Made by a program: the position numbers and the translations under genes | In this document: positions 1 to 9,577 of the stretch, in pieces | Position numbering within the stretch: position 1 is the first letter of the stretch | Layout of the letters: every line of letters begins with the position of its first letter | The notes under the pieces: generated by a model | The model's input: only the letters and a program-made list of their open reading frames with translations | Databases searched by the model: none | What the model was told of the DNA's origin: nothing | Source: an uncultured Oligoflexus sp. | GTDB lineage: Bacteria; Bdellovibrionota_B; Oligoflexia; Oligoflexales; Oligoflexaceae | Direction of reading: 5' to 3' | Assembly: GCA_964236955.1 (NCBI GenBank) | Contig: CAXSGP010000047.1 | Coordinates: forward strand, 1 to 35,554 | DNA: 35,554 nucleotides

Positions 1-54
1 TACGAGTTTGCCTGTACTTTTCAATCACTTATCTCAAACGTCAACAGCCCCTAG
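1..54 (+). CDS. possible 3' end of a gene entering the window (YEFACTFQSLISNVNSP*)
   Basis: Frame 1 is open from base 1 to TAG at 52-54, immediately followed by a + strand terminator hairpin. Too short to identify. Confidence 0.3.
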   Translation, partial: YEFACTFQSLISNVNSP

Positions 55-58
55 AATT

Positions 59-85
59 GAGGGAAGGTTTATCCTTCCCTCTTTT
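59..85 (+). terminator. intrinsic terminator
   Basis: Perfect 9-bp stem GAGGGAAGG/CCTTCCCTC with a TTTAT loop, followed by TTTT. Confidence 0.75.
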
Positions 86-155
86 GCCTTTTCGCTATAA
101 GTGACAGCCTCGGGAGGCGGCACCGTCCTTGAAGCCTCCCAGCTGAAATCGATCA

Positions 156-1766
156 TTATCGAACTATCGAATAACTGGCCGGATCCTGCATTTGATACTC
201 GAGAACAATCGCTCCGCCTCCCCCCGCTTTCGAATAGAACAGCGTCTGAACATCGAAAATTTCATCCACCTTCGCACCTTCAGATTGAGGGATGCCATAG
301 GTCTTCACAAGCCGCCCCTTGATCCCGTCCAGTGCAAGATTTGCCGAGAAAGCGTAAGCAATTGGCGTAACCAGGTAGTCAAAGCTATCAAAATAGTCCG
401 ATAAATCGCTTCCCGATTGCGCAAAAAGGTAATTCCCACCTTTACTGCGCGTGATGGTATGGATGAAGTCCTCCTGGAAGTTCGATCCCATTCCAATCGC
501 TGTCAGACCGATATCATCCGATGCATGATCGGTTACTAGCCTTAGCAATTCACTTGGATCGGTAACACCGGTATTGAGGCCCGCGTCTGATATAAGAATG
601 ACGCGATTCTCATATGTAGCACTGAGGTTGGCACTGACCAAATCGTAGCCATCCCGCAGGCCAGCCTCCAAATTGGTGCTACCGAGGGGTTGGAGGTTTT
701 GAATTTTTTTCAAAATAGCTACCTGATTGTTTACCGCAGTCGGCTTTAAAAGTATCGAACTTGTAGTCTCAAAAACTACGATCGATAAAAGGTCATCGCT
801 GTGGAGCTGCGAAAGAGTCGACTTCAATGCGTCTTTAGCCCATTCCAAGCGGGTTTGCCTGGTACCGTCCGTAGCCCCCATGGATCCTGATATATCTAAA
901 ACTATAGAAAGGTTAAGGGGCTTGCGATGGAAATCGACGGCATTCTTTCGCGTGGCCATACCCACTTGCACAAATAATCTTTGTCCATCCACAGCAAGTT
1001 CCGGAAATACGCAAATGAGCCTGTCACAGGGCTCGCCTTGAAGGGAAAGGTCAAATTCACTTAAAAATCCTTCAACCACCAAATCGCTAGGGACGTCACC
1101 ATCGTTCACGATTTTCTTGAAGAAGGAATAGTTCTGAGCGCCGCCCGCCGTGACGTGCAGATTAGTACTGGCGACCGAACTTTCTATTGTTGCTGTTGGC
1201 ATGTGCGGGCCGGACATAGGAGATAGCGGAGAATCCTCGGAAAAACAGGGGCGTTTAATGATTTTGGCATGGGTCTTGATGTTGTCGGCGAGGTGTTTGA
1301 CAAGATCGATTGCAGAATCGATTTCTGTGTCATTGTCGAAGCTTGCCAGTTTAGCAATATATCTCTGCAGCCCCCGGTTGAGACTGTCGGCAATCTCCAC
1401 CCTTTGCTGGCATATATTGGTCTGGACATCACTTGTATCATTTGCAAACGTTGGATCGCTTTGGGGATAGGGGCAAATCCTCGGTGCGGCGCCTTCGCAT
1501 CGTGCGGCTGCATATTCACTGAGGTGACTTGTGATAAGGTTGGCGAGGTCAATGACCTGGAGTGTTTTGGACATCTTTTCATCGGAAAATCCGATTTGGC
1601 CGTCGGCAGATTGCGGGAGCGTCGCCTCAGAATGACCATCGTTTTTTATATGTGTCGCTGCATCCGTGAACCTATAATTGATAGACACTAAAGGCGCTGC
1701 ATTCGCTTTTTGAAAAAACATTTGCGAACATGTCAGACTCACAAGGATTATCAATATCAATTTCAT
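156..1766 (-). CDS. secreted VWA-domain protein (YfbK-like, with Cys-containing N-terminal extension)
   Basis: ATG at 1766 has an AAGGAGG SD and starts a signal peptide MKLILIILVSLTC...ANA. MIDAS elements VLDISGSM, GSTNL and ILISDAG are present. VEGFLSEFD resembles the YfbK-type pre-VWA segment. Confidence 0.85.
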   Translation of the reverse strand: MKLILIILVSLTCSQMFFQKANAAPLVSINYRFTDAATHIKNDGHSEATLPQSADGQIGFSDEKMSKTLQVIDLANLITSHLSEYAAARCEGAAPRICPYPQSDPTFANDTSDVQTNICQQRVEIADSLNRGLQRYIAKLASFDNDTEIDSAIDLVKHLADNIKTHAKIIKRPCFSEDSPLSPMSGPHMPTATIESSVASTNLHVTAGGAQNYSFFKKIVNDGDVPSDLVVEGFLSEFDLSLQGEPCDRLICVFPELAVDGQRLFVQVGMATRKNAVDFHRKPLNLSIVLDISGSMGATDGTRQTRLEWAKDALKSTLSQLHSDDLLSIVVFETTSSILLKPTAVNNQVAILKKIQNLQPLGSTNLEAGLRDGYDLVSANLSATYENRVILISDAGLNTGVTDPSELLRLVTDHASDDIGLTAIGMGSNFQEDFIHTITRSKGGNYLFAQSGSDLSDYFDSFDYLVTPIAYAFSANLALDGIKGRLVKTYGIPQSEGAKVDEIFDVQTLFYSKAGGGGAIVLEYQMQDPASYSIVR

Positions 1767-1984
1767 GACTTTCCTCCTTCGAGAGAAATTTAGAAGCAAT
1801 TGAAGCATGAGAAAATCGACTGCTAAATATTAGGACTCAAGCAAAGGGCCGAGGAGAACCCGGATTTTTACCTAGCACGCAAATCTTTGGCAGCAGCAAA
1901 AATAGCACTCAATCATTGATCAGCTTTTTGAATTGGTCAAGAGGGTGAAGTTTCTCAACAGAATAGAAATTAGAAATTCAAGGC

Positions 1985-2386
1985 TTAAGCCTTAGCCGTA
2001 TCACCTGACCTGACGAGCGCCCATTCTTTCTCGCGCCAGCCATAATTGATGGTAATTTCAGTTCCGATTGGAATAGCGCGCTTGGCTTTTATTGTGATGT
2101 TTTCAATAGTAACGAAAAATTCGGCATTGGCGTCGTCGTCGTGGTTAAGCATCGATGTCACGCCGAGGCCCAGGACTAAATTCTTTTTATTGTCCGTTGT
2201 GAACATATAGTGCCCTAAGAAAGTCGCGGCCAAAGCGTCGACCTCAGCTTTTGGGACGAGAAGAACCGGCGCTGACTCAATGATTTCGCCGGCACGAATA
2301 CGCCTTATGGCAAAAAGTCCGCGACCCTTGCCTTTGGACAGCCTTATAGCAACAGCCGATGCAGATTGGTATGGAATCGCCTTCAA
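1985..2386 (-). CDS. SET-domain protein-lysine methyltransferase-like protein
   Basis: SET motifs GKGRGLFA, MLNH and EITINYG. TTG start at 2386 follows an AAGGAG SD. Confidence 0.88.
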   Translation of the reverse strand: MKAIPYQSASAVAIRLSKGKGRGLFAIRRIRAGEIIESAPVLLVPKAEVDALAATFLGHYMFTTDNKKNLVLGLGVTSMLNHDDDANAEFFVTIENITIKAKRAIPIGTEITINYGWREKEWALVRSGDTAKA

Positions 2387-2833
2387 TGGGCAGCTCCTTC
2401 TTATTATAATTATGTAAAATCGCAGGGGAGATCGGGCGGATCGGAAGTCTAGCCATTCTATAAACAAACGATTCAAAAAAACCAGAACTTTCCCTATTTT
2501 TATGCATACATTTTCGACGTATTTAACAGAACGGGAGACAGTTTTAAAGGAACTGAAAAAACTATAGGCTGCTTGGAGAATTCATCATGTCTATAGAACA
2601 GGGCCAATCTATTCGGATAAAAAATTTTTCTATGCCTTTAGAACTTAAGGACTGGGCTCAATTCTGATAGCCACGTAATGTTTGATGCCTCTTTTCAAAG
2701 GCCCATTTGCCCAAATGAATTTTTCCAAAATTACACTTTGACTTTCGTTCAGCTTGCGCATATCTACGTCTCGAATCCGAATTCATCGGCATCTCAACTC
2801 AAGTGAAAATCTAATTTCTATCAGGGTATTATT

Positions 2834-3361
2834 ATGAAGTTTAAAGCTTTCGCAGTTGGTACACTTTTCTGTGGTGCGTTTGCCTCAAGTGCTATGGCAG
2901 CTGATTGCCTCACCGGTCCTTACGCAAAGATCTATAGCGAAGCTTACAGCAGTCGCGAGAGTCAGCTTCAAAAAAAGTGGACGAGTTCAGGCAGCGACTG
3001 CAGCGTCCAAGTAGATTTTGAAACGGCATTCGGTCAGTTTTTCGAAGAAGGTGGTCCAGCCATTCGGGTCTGTAAGAACAAAGGACTGAATGATGGCACT
3101 TTAAAGGTTCTGTCCGATATTTCAAGTCAATGCCAGCTTGAAGGCGAGAGCGATGGTAAGGTTGATGGACTGGCTTACGCTCTAGAGTACTGCTCAAGCG
3201 CTTTGTTTCCGAAAGTATCCCTGACGCCCGGAGAATATGTGATCAATTACACGGAAAACTGCAAAGAAACCTTCCAGCACGTGGTCGATGCAAATTGCCC
3301 AACGATTCGGGCGGCTGATTGGAACTTTGATAACGTCCTTGACTCACAGTGTAGAATTTGA
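2834..3361 (+). CDS. secreted cysteine-rich hypothetical protein
   Basis: Sec signal peptide ending AMA-A, 8 Cys in the mature region, followed by a terminator-like hairpin. Confidence 0.8.
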   Translation: MKFKAFAVGTLFCGAFASSAMAADCLTGPYAKIYSEAYSSRESQLQKKWTSSGSDCSVQVDFETAFGQFFEEGGPAIRVCKNKGLNDGTLKVLSDISSQCQLEGESDGKVDGLAYALEYCSSALFPKVSLTPGEYVINYTENCKETFQHVVDANCPTIRAADWNFDNVLDSQCRI

Positions 3362-3368
3362 TTTTTCG

Positions 3369-3411
3369 ATCCTCAGATTCATCTCTTCACGATTTGAGTC
3401 TGAGGGATTTT
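3369..3411 (+). terminator. terminator-like hairpin between convergent genes
   Basis: Inverted repeat CCTCAGATTCA...TGAGTCTGAGG (one G-U pair), then GATTTT. Confidence 0.55.
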
Positions 3412-3472
3412 GCATTCCTATCTCCGGCCAGCGTCTGTGTGATCCCGGAAAAAAAGAAATGAAATCGAGAAG

Positions 3473-6319
3473 TCACACGCAGGTATCGACCGGCAGATTC
3501 ACCATGAATTTGAATGGAACAAACAGCTCTTTGGATGGATCGCAAATATGGGATTCCATGGCATCGTCAAAAAATTCAATAGAAACCGTTCCGCCTATTT
3601 CTCGAATGAATTCTTTAATTGCATCCATTCCAACGCCTCTGCCCGAAATATCGGTGACGTCATCTTTTGAAGAGAATCCACGCTCGAAAATGATCTCGGC
3701 CGCCTCTTTCACGGTATGAGATTGTGCGGAAGAGATAAGCCCGATAGCAAGGGCTTTTTTTATGATCCCGCTCACGTCGAGACCTCGTCCGTCATCATAG
3801 AATTCAAGTCTAAAGGACGGCGTGAGCCTGGATATCATCTCTGGAGTCTGGGTCTGAGTCAAATTAATGACAATTTTTCCATGCCCGGGTTTGCCTGCCT
3901 TCAAACGCTCATGCTCGAGTTCGAGGCCATGATCCAGGGAGTTTCGTACGATATGATTGAGCACCGACCTCATTCCTGACAAGTGGTCATTGCTGATGTA
4001 TAAGCCGTTATCGTTAATGGAAAGCGTGGGAACCTTTTTCCCCAATATGTCGCATATTCTCTTAAGATCCCCTTTCATGGGAGAGAGGAGCTCGTCAAGT
4101 GTGACTCCTGTCATGCTCTTAAGAAATGCCTTGAGATGCATCATGCTAGTTTTATAAACGGGGTCCAGCTTATCCGTAAAATTATCGATAGTCGAGATAT
4201 AGCCAATGACTTCAGTCTGGTAGTCCCGGGCCTCAATCTTTCCCGCATTGAGATACTTGTCAATAATTCCTTGCAGCTCCTTAAAAGCTGCGTCTATTTT
4301 AGTCAGAAATTTCTGGATAATGGCGTTGTTATCGGTAAGAAGGCCTTTGCTCATGATTTGTGATTCACATTCGTGGGCCAGGCTGGAAATTTTATCGAGT
4401 CCAAAGGATCGCGCATTGCCTTTGATCGTGTGGACATTCCGCATGACGAGTCCTATGGTTTCTTTGGTTTCATGGTTATCGAGTTCTGCCACGACCGCAG
4501 CATGGGTCCTTTGGATAATGGCCCGTTCGGACTGAATATATTGAATCATATTGGCTTGGCCATACTTAATAATATTCATGAGGTTATGGGTTTCTTCAAG
4601 ACTGTGTTCCCGACTGCTTTCAAGCTCATGAATATAGGTCACATCTTTAGCGCTGACCAACAGGGCTGCTAAGTTTCCGACTCCATCTGGGATGGGCGTC
4701 CAATCCATCTCTAAAAATCTGCCGTTGTTCATGATGATTTCTTTGGGTAGAACATGAGCATTGATCTCGAAACTTATCATGTCCTGGTCCAAAGAAAATT
4801 CCAGCGCTGTATTAAAAAGACTTGCCTGCTCGTTCCCGCTATCCTCGGCAGAGTTGAACACCGCATCAACGGCACGGGCCCCCCCAAAATTCAGTCCTGG
4901 AAATATTTCCGCGCAGGCTTTCGAATAATCAGGGTCAATTTTCATCTCCCGATTGATCCTGAATATCCCTAACTTCACATTGTCAAGGATCGATCGAATA
5001 TTAGCGGTTTTTTCGGCGACGATAATATCGAGGTCGCGGACGTGCTGCTCAAGCTGGTCATTGAGTTGATCACTTTCAACACGTAATTTGCGGCCGAGGG
5101 CAATGGACAGAAAGATGGCCTGCAGCGCGGTTCCCACCATGACCAGAAGATCCAAATGCTCCTGCCAGGGGATCACGCCGAACACTAAAGCGATAAAGAC
5201 GCCTGAAAAGATAATCATTCCAAAGGTTGCTATTGCAAAGTATTGGGCAGGTTTATGGCCCTTGATGCTGAGGTATACGGGGACAATGATAAAAATAGGG
5301 ATGCCTACCAGACCGAAAATGCTGGTCATTTGAGTCGAGTAGACCATGGTTCCATTCAGCCAGTATTCAATGACTGAGACGGCAGTGGTTGCAATGAATG
5401 CCCATTTCAAAAGGTTTGTGATTTTAAACCAATAGGGGGCAATTGCCTTCAGGTCGAGAAACTGAATGATAAAGATGATTTCAAAGACTGTTGCTGCCGC
5501 GGATCCAAACGCGATAAGAAACGCATCGTGACTTTTGAAAAGTTGAAAGTCAAAGGTCGAATGAAAGAATCCGCGATCAACAAGCTGGCTGACGCAGATA
5601 AATATCATAAATAGCAGATAGGGAATATAGTAGGGCTGCCGCAGCTGAAGGTAGATGAAAATATTATAGAGGATCGAGAAGCACACAATTCCCAGAAGAG
5701 TGAAAATAATTGAGTTGTCGCGAAGCATCAACTTTGTGAAATCATCCGGATTAAGCAGGATGAAGTTGATGGATTGAGGAGCCATCGCGGTTACGGTCTT
5801 AATATAGAATATATTTGAGCCGGGACGGAGTTCCACGGGGACCGAAAAATTTCTAAAATTAATGGATTTGTTTAAGGCCGAACCAGGATCGGTCTTGGAT
5901 GCCAGAACTTGAGGAACCCCAGACTGCATGGCGTAGATTTGGATGTCTTTCACTATGGGGTACTCATGGCTCAGCACCGCTCTGATGGGCTGGTCGCTAC
6001 CATTTTGAATCACGAATCGCTGCCAGTAGATATCGTTGTTGGCTAAATTTCGGCGTCCGAATGTGTTGGGTTCAAACTGTTGCTCGGCGGCCAGGGCACC
6101 GTCGATCGACAGAGCGCCCTGTTTATCTTTTAGGATCTGAGAATAGCCATCTAGATAGATTCTGCTAAAGTTCTCACTTTCGACCATGACTGGTCTCGGT
6201 GGCGGGTTGGCTTTGGCGTTTTCCATAACAAGCGCCAGCAAGCAAGTAAAAATACTAATATACCAGACTTTTGAAAGCTGGTTGCGGCCAGAATTCGCTG
6301 CTCTGATCCAAATGCTCAC
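3473..6319 (-). CDS. 7TM-DISM sensor, PAS-like, Hpt, CheA-type HATPase histidine kinase lacking a CheW domain
   Basis: GTG start with GAGGAG SD. DISM-like extracellular region (DIYWQRF) then about 7 hydrophobic helices. Hpt HTIKGNAR, N-box HIVRNSLDHG, DDGRG, GFSSK, SGRGVGMD. Confidence 0.88.
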   Translation of the reverse strand: MSIWIRAANSGRNQLSKVWYISIFTCLLALVMENAKANPPPRPVMVESENFSRIYLDGYSQILKDKQGALSIDGALAAEQQFEPNTFGRRNLANNDIYWQRFVIQNGSDQPIRAVLSHEYPIVKDIQIYAMQSGVPQVLASKTDPGSALNKSINFRNFSVPVELRPGSNIFYIKTVTAMAPQSINFILLNPDDFTKLMLRDNSIIFTLLGIVCFSILYNIFIYLQLRQPYYIPYLLFMIFICVSQLVDRGFFHSTFDFQLFKSHDAFLIAFGSAAATVFEIIFIIQFLDLKAIAPYWFKITNLLKWAFIATTAVSVIEYWLNGTMVYSTQMTSIFGLVGIPIFIIVPVYLSIKGHKPAQYFAIATFGMIIFSGVFIALVFGVIPWQEHLDLLVMVGTALQAIFLSIALGRKLRVESDQLNDQLEQHVRDLDIIVAEKTANIRSILDNVKLGIFRINREMKIDPDYSKACAEIFPGLNFGGARAVDAVFNSAEDSGNEQASLFNTALEFSLDQDMISFEINAHVLPKEIIMNNGRFLEMDWTPIPDGVGNLAALLVSAKDVTYIHELESSREHSLEETHNLMNIIKYGQANMIQYIQSERAIIQRTHAAVVAELDNHETKETIGLVMRNVHTIKGNARSFGLDKISSLAHECESQIMSKGLLTDNNAIIQKFLTKIDAAFKELQGIIDKYLNAGKIEARDYQTEVIGYISTIDNFTDKLDPVYKTSMMHLKAFLKSMTGVTLDELLSPMKGDLKRICDILGKKVPTLSINDNGLYISNDHLSGMRSVLNHIVRNSLDHGLELEHERLKAGKPGHGKIVINLTQTQTPEMISRLTPSFRLEFYDDGRGLDVSGIIKKALAIGLISSAQSHTVKEAAEIIFERGFSSKDDVTDISGRGVGMDAIKEFIREIGGTVSIEFFDDAMESHICDPSKELFVPFKFMVNLPVDTCV

Positions 6320-6671
6320 CTGCGCTCCTCAATATAGAGTCTAATGATACACGGCCCCAGCCTCACTTTAAGCAGACTTATGCCTTAACGCCCCAAGTTT
6401 GGGATGAAATCGACTTGTTATGGATAGGAAAGGGCCTTGGAATTAGATTACAATGGATCAGTCAATGATGCAGCATGCTTTTCTCATTTATGTTGCGTCC
6501 CCTGAGCACTTGGCTCTCTGCCGGAAATCCACAATTGCCAGGGTTAAAATAGTATTTCTTAATAAGAAAATGGCCCTTTCAGTATAAAATTTTCTGGGTT
6601 TGATCTTCAGAAGATTCTAATCTAAAAAAACAACTGTCAAAGGTACGAAAACTCTATAGCGAGGAATTGTC

Positions 6672-6893
6672 ATGCCATTTGAGTTCCGGGGCGTAGAAGT
6701 CCATTCATTCATTGAGTATTGTCGAATCGTTAAACCTGACGATGAGGACGTTTTGAATCAGGTCGAAGAATTTATCATGGCCTGGCACGGCAGCGACGGC
6801 TGGGATCTTGAACTTGATGAAGCTCTTGGTATTTCTGAGGAAGACTACGGGCGTTTTATGGGCGATCATGAGTTCATTCTTGCTCTTATATAA
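6672..6893 (+). CDS. small acidic hypothetical protein (73 aa)
   Basis: GAGG SD before ATG. The EEFIMAWH...LDEALGISEEDY pattern looks like a real conserved small protein. Confidence 0.65.
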   Translation: MPFEFRGVEVHSFIEYCRIVKPDDEDVLNQVEEFIMAWHGSDGWDLELDEALGISEEDYGRFMGDHEFILALI

Positions 6894-6968
6894 GTCCTTA
6901 TGAAGCTCGCTATTCTACCGAACTTTGCCTTATGGCGATCTTCGAATTTTCAGGAAGGGGGATTGCCA

Positions 6969-7910
6969 GTGGCCTGTCAAGATCTGGCTATAGAAGCCCA
7001 TGAGCTTAGTAAGCAGTTTCCGAAAACCGCCGAGGCCGCGGTTCGATCATTGAGTTTTGCGATTGAGCAAGGCGAGGCTGTGGCCTTTCTTGGTCCCAAT
7101 GGTGCCGGCAAGAGCACGACGATCAAGATGCTTTGCGGAATCTTAAGCCCGAGTCAGGGCTCGGCAAAAATCCTTGGCCACGAAGCTGGCACCAAGCTAG
7201 CCAATCAAATACTGGGACTCGTCTTTGGCACGCGCTCGCAGCTCTATATGCATATGACGGTTGAGCATTGTCTCGATCTTTCGGCTGAAATCTATTATCT
7301 AAGTGGCGAACCTAAACGCAGTCGTATTCGCGAGCTTGCCGATGCATTTGCTATCACTCCTTTTTTAGGTCGAAGGGTTCGCACCCTCAGTTTGGGCGAA
7401 CGGATGCGCTGTGAGATTGTAGCTGCCCTTTTGCATCGGCCCAAGGTGTTGCTGGCGGACGAACCGACCATAGGGCTCGATATAATAGCTAAAAATAGTC
7501 TTCGGCATATTCTCAAAAACTGGCAGAGGCAGGAAAAAACGACCCTTATGCTCACCAGCCACGACCTGAGTGATGTGGAGGCCCTTTGTGACCGTTGTAT
7601 CCTGATCGATCATGGAATGAAGCTCTTCGACGGCCCCTTGCAAAACCTCAAAGGCAATTGGGCGAATATCCGCAATATCCGCGTAACGACCAGCGACTCG
7701 AATATTTTAAGTCTGAGGGATGTTCCTGGGCTTAGAATGAGCGTAAAGGAAAGTCCTTTCAGTCACAGTTACGAACTTTATGCCGATCAATTGCCAATGG
7801 CAGAAGGCCTTTCAGCTTTGTCACGGCACTATGGAGACAAGCTGCAGGATCTAAAAATTAGCGAAGTGACACTGGAGGAAGTATTGAGTGCGCAGTATGC
7901 CAAGGTTTGA
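6969..7910 (+). CDS. ABC-2 type exporter ATP-binding subunit (COG4586/EvrA-like)
   Basis: Walker A GPNGAGKST, signature LSLGE, Walker B LLADEPT, H-loop TSH. GTG at 6969 follows a G-rich SD; the ORF is open from 6900. Confidence 0.92.
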   Translation: MACQDLAIEAHELSKQFPKTAEAAVRSLSFAIEQGEAVAFLGPNGAGKSTTIKMLCGILSPSQGSAKILGHEAGTKLANQILGLVFGTRSQLYMHMTVEHCLDLSAEIYYLSGEPKRSRIRELADAFAITPFLGRRVRTLSLGERMRCEIVAALLHRPKVLLADEPTIGLDIIAKNSLRHILKNWQRQEKTTLMLTSHDLSDVEALCDRCILIDHGMKLFDGPLQNLKGNWANIRNIRVTTSDSNILSLRDVPGLRMSVKESPFSHSYELYADQLPMAEGLSALSRHYGDKLQDLKISEVTLEEVLSAQYAKV

Positions 7911-8694
7911 AGGTGTCAGGACCCTTCCCTTTTACTTCCGGTATTCTTGGTTTCAGCTACGGGAACGTTTCACCGACGTCGCAAGTTCGGTGGCTTATCT
8001 TGCTCTTTACCCTTTTTTTATTTGGCTTCTGACCCATATCTGGATCCGATTTAACGCCTCTCAAGGGCATTACACACGCGACGAGGTAACGATCTATATT
8101 GCGATCACCGAGCTTCTCTTTATGACCTTCCTCCGTTCTCCCTTCATGCAAAGGTCCAATGCTGATTTCTCTATTACTTTATCTAGGCCCCGATCCTGGC
8201 TTGCCCTGACCTTTGCAGGGCAATTCGGTGCAACTTTGGGCGGCCGTTCCTTGTATTGTCTTGTTGCATTTCCAATACTGTTGCTGCTGGGAGTGAGTCC
8301 CTCGTTTGCCGCGATGGGTTTGCTTCGTCTTATCCTTCTTTTGCCGCTATTGGGTCTGGTCGAAGCTGTGATGGCCTCAATTCTAGCGTCAACCCAGGTC
8401 CTATGGCACGAGACCCGCTATCTCATTTTGCCGCTTACTAAAATATTTTTGGCTTTAGGTGGGGTTTTTGCACCGCTCGTCGATTATGGCGAGCCAGGGC
8501 GCTCGATTTTTCTAAAATTGCCTCCTTCGGATTTTTTCTTTCAGGCAGCGCACTTTTGTGTGAAAGGGGAATTCTACGAAATATCGGGCCTGGGGTGGAT
8601 GCTGCGTATGAGTCTGTGGACTGCAGTTTTTTTGATTTGGAACCGAGTTTTTTTCGACTTTGCGCGGCAGCGTCATCAGAGCTTCGGAGGGTGA
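7888..8694 (+). CDS. ABC-2 family permease (DUF990-like)
   Basis: About 6 TM segments, SRPRS motif, C-terminal QSFGG. Overlaps the ATPase gene. Confidence 0.82.
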   Translation: MRSMPRFEGVRTLPFYFRYSWFQLRERFTDVASSVAYLALYPFFIWLLTHIWIRFNASQGHYTRDEVTIYIAITELLFMTFLRSPFMQRSNADFSITLSRPRSWLALTFAGQFGATLGGRSLYCLVAFPILLLLGVSPSFAAMGLLRLILLLPLLGLVEAVMASILASTQVLWHETRYLILPLTKIFLALGGVFAPLVDYGEPGRSIFLKLPPSDFFFQAAHFCVKGEFYEISGLGWMLRMSLWTAVFLIWNRVFFDFARQRHQSFGG

Positions 8695-8697
8695 AAC

Positions 8698-9480
8698 GTG
8701 TCTCAATATTTGAGTCGTGCGATTGCTTTTAATCTAAGTGCCCACATTGCGAACCTTCCGAATCTGCTCGCAGGGACAATGAGTATGCTGGTTAATAATG
8801 TCATTTTTCTGACTGGAATTTGGGGCATGCTGTTTGCAGGAAAGCCGGAAAATCATCACTTGCTTTTTTATTACCTGGCTCTAAATTCCCTCGTGATGAC
8901 TGCCTGGGGCATCATTAATTTTTTCTTTGGCGGATGGATCGAACTCGGAGAGCTCATAGTCAGCGGTCAGTTCGAGTCGAAACTTGCGACCCCAAGGCAT
9001 CCCCTCCTGCTGGTAGCGACTCATACCCTTCATCCCGCGGCTCTGGGGGATCTATTGATGGGTGTTCTTGGAATTATCCTGCTCTTCGCTTTGGGACCCG
9101 AGGGAATGGGAACCAGAACTTTGGTGGCGTGCGCCTTGGCCACCGTCGGCTTTATTGGGGTCTATGTGTTTTCAGGAAGCCTGGCGTTTTTTTTCGCTCG
9201 GGGCAATATGTTGACGCTTCTGGTGCGGGAAATCACCCTGTCTCTCAGCGGCTACCCTATGGGCAAAATATTTCCCGGCGGGATGGGCCGAATCCTCTTG
9301 CTTCTGACACCTGCGGCAGCTGTTTCCATTCTGCCGGTCGAGTGGATTGAATCAGGGACATGGACGAGTTTTGGATGGGCTGTATTTGCCCTCATCATAA
9401 GCCTTTTCATAGCTAAGCTCACCTACAATTCGGGGGTCCGGCGCTTTCAAAGCATAAGTCTCGTGACCACGCAGTCTTAG
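8698..9480 (+). CDS. ABC-2 family permease (DUF990-like), second subunit
   Basis: About 6 TM segments, IVSGQFESKLATP and LSGYPM motifs. Starts 3 bp after the previous stop. Confidence 0.85.
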   Translation: MSQYLSRAIAFNLSAHIANLPNLLAGTMSMLVNNVIFLTGIWGMLFAGKPENHHLLFYYLALNSLVMTAWGIINFFFGGWIELGELIVSGQFESKLATPRHPLLLVATHTLHPAALGDLLMGVLGIILLFALGPEGMGTRTLVACALATVGFIGVYVFSGSLAFFFARGNMLTLLVREITLSLSGYPMGKIFPGGMGRILLLLTPAAAVSILPVEWIESGTWTSFGWAVFALIISLFIAKLTYNSGVRRFQSISLVTTQS

Positions 9481-9577
9481 GTCGCCATCAAGCGGTTTGA
9501 ATTTATTGAATTGGAAATGCCGGACTTACCCAGTATCTCTGGGGAGAACTTTAAAACATTCTTTAAAGGATGCTGGA

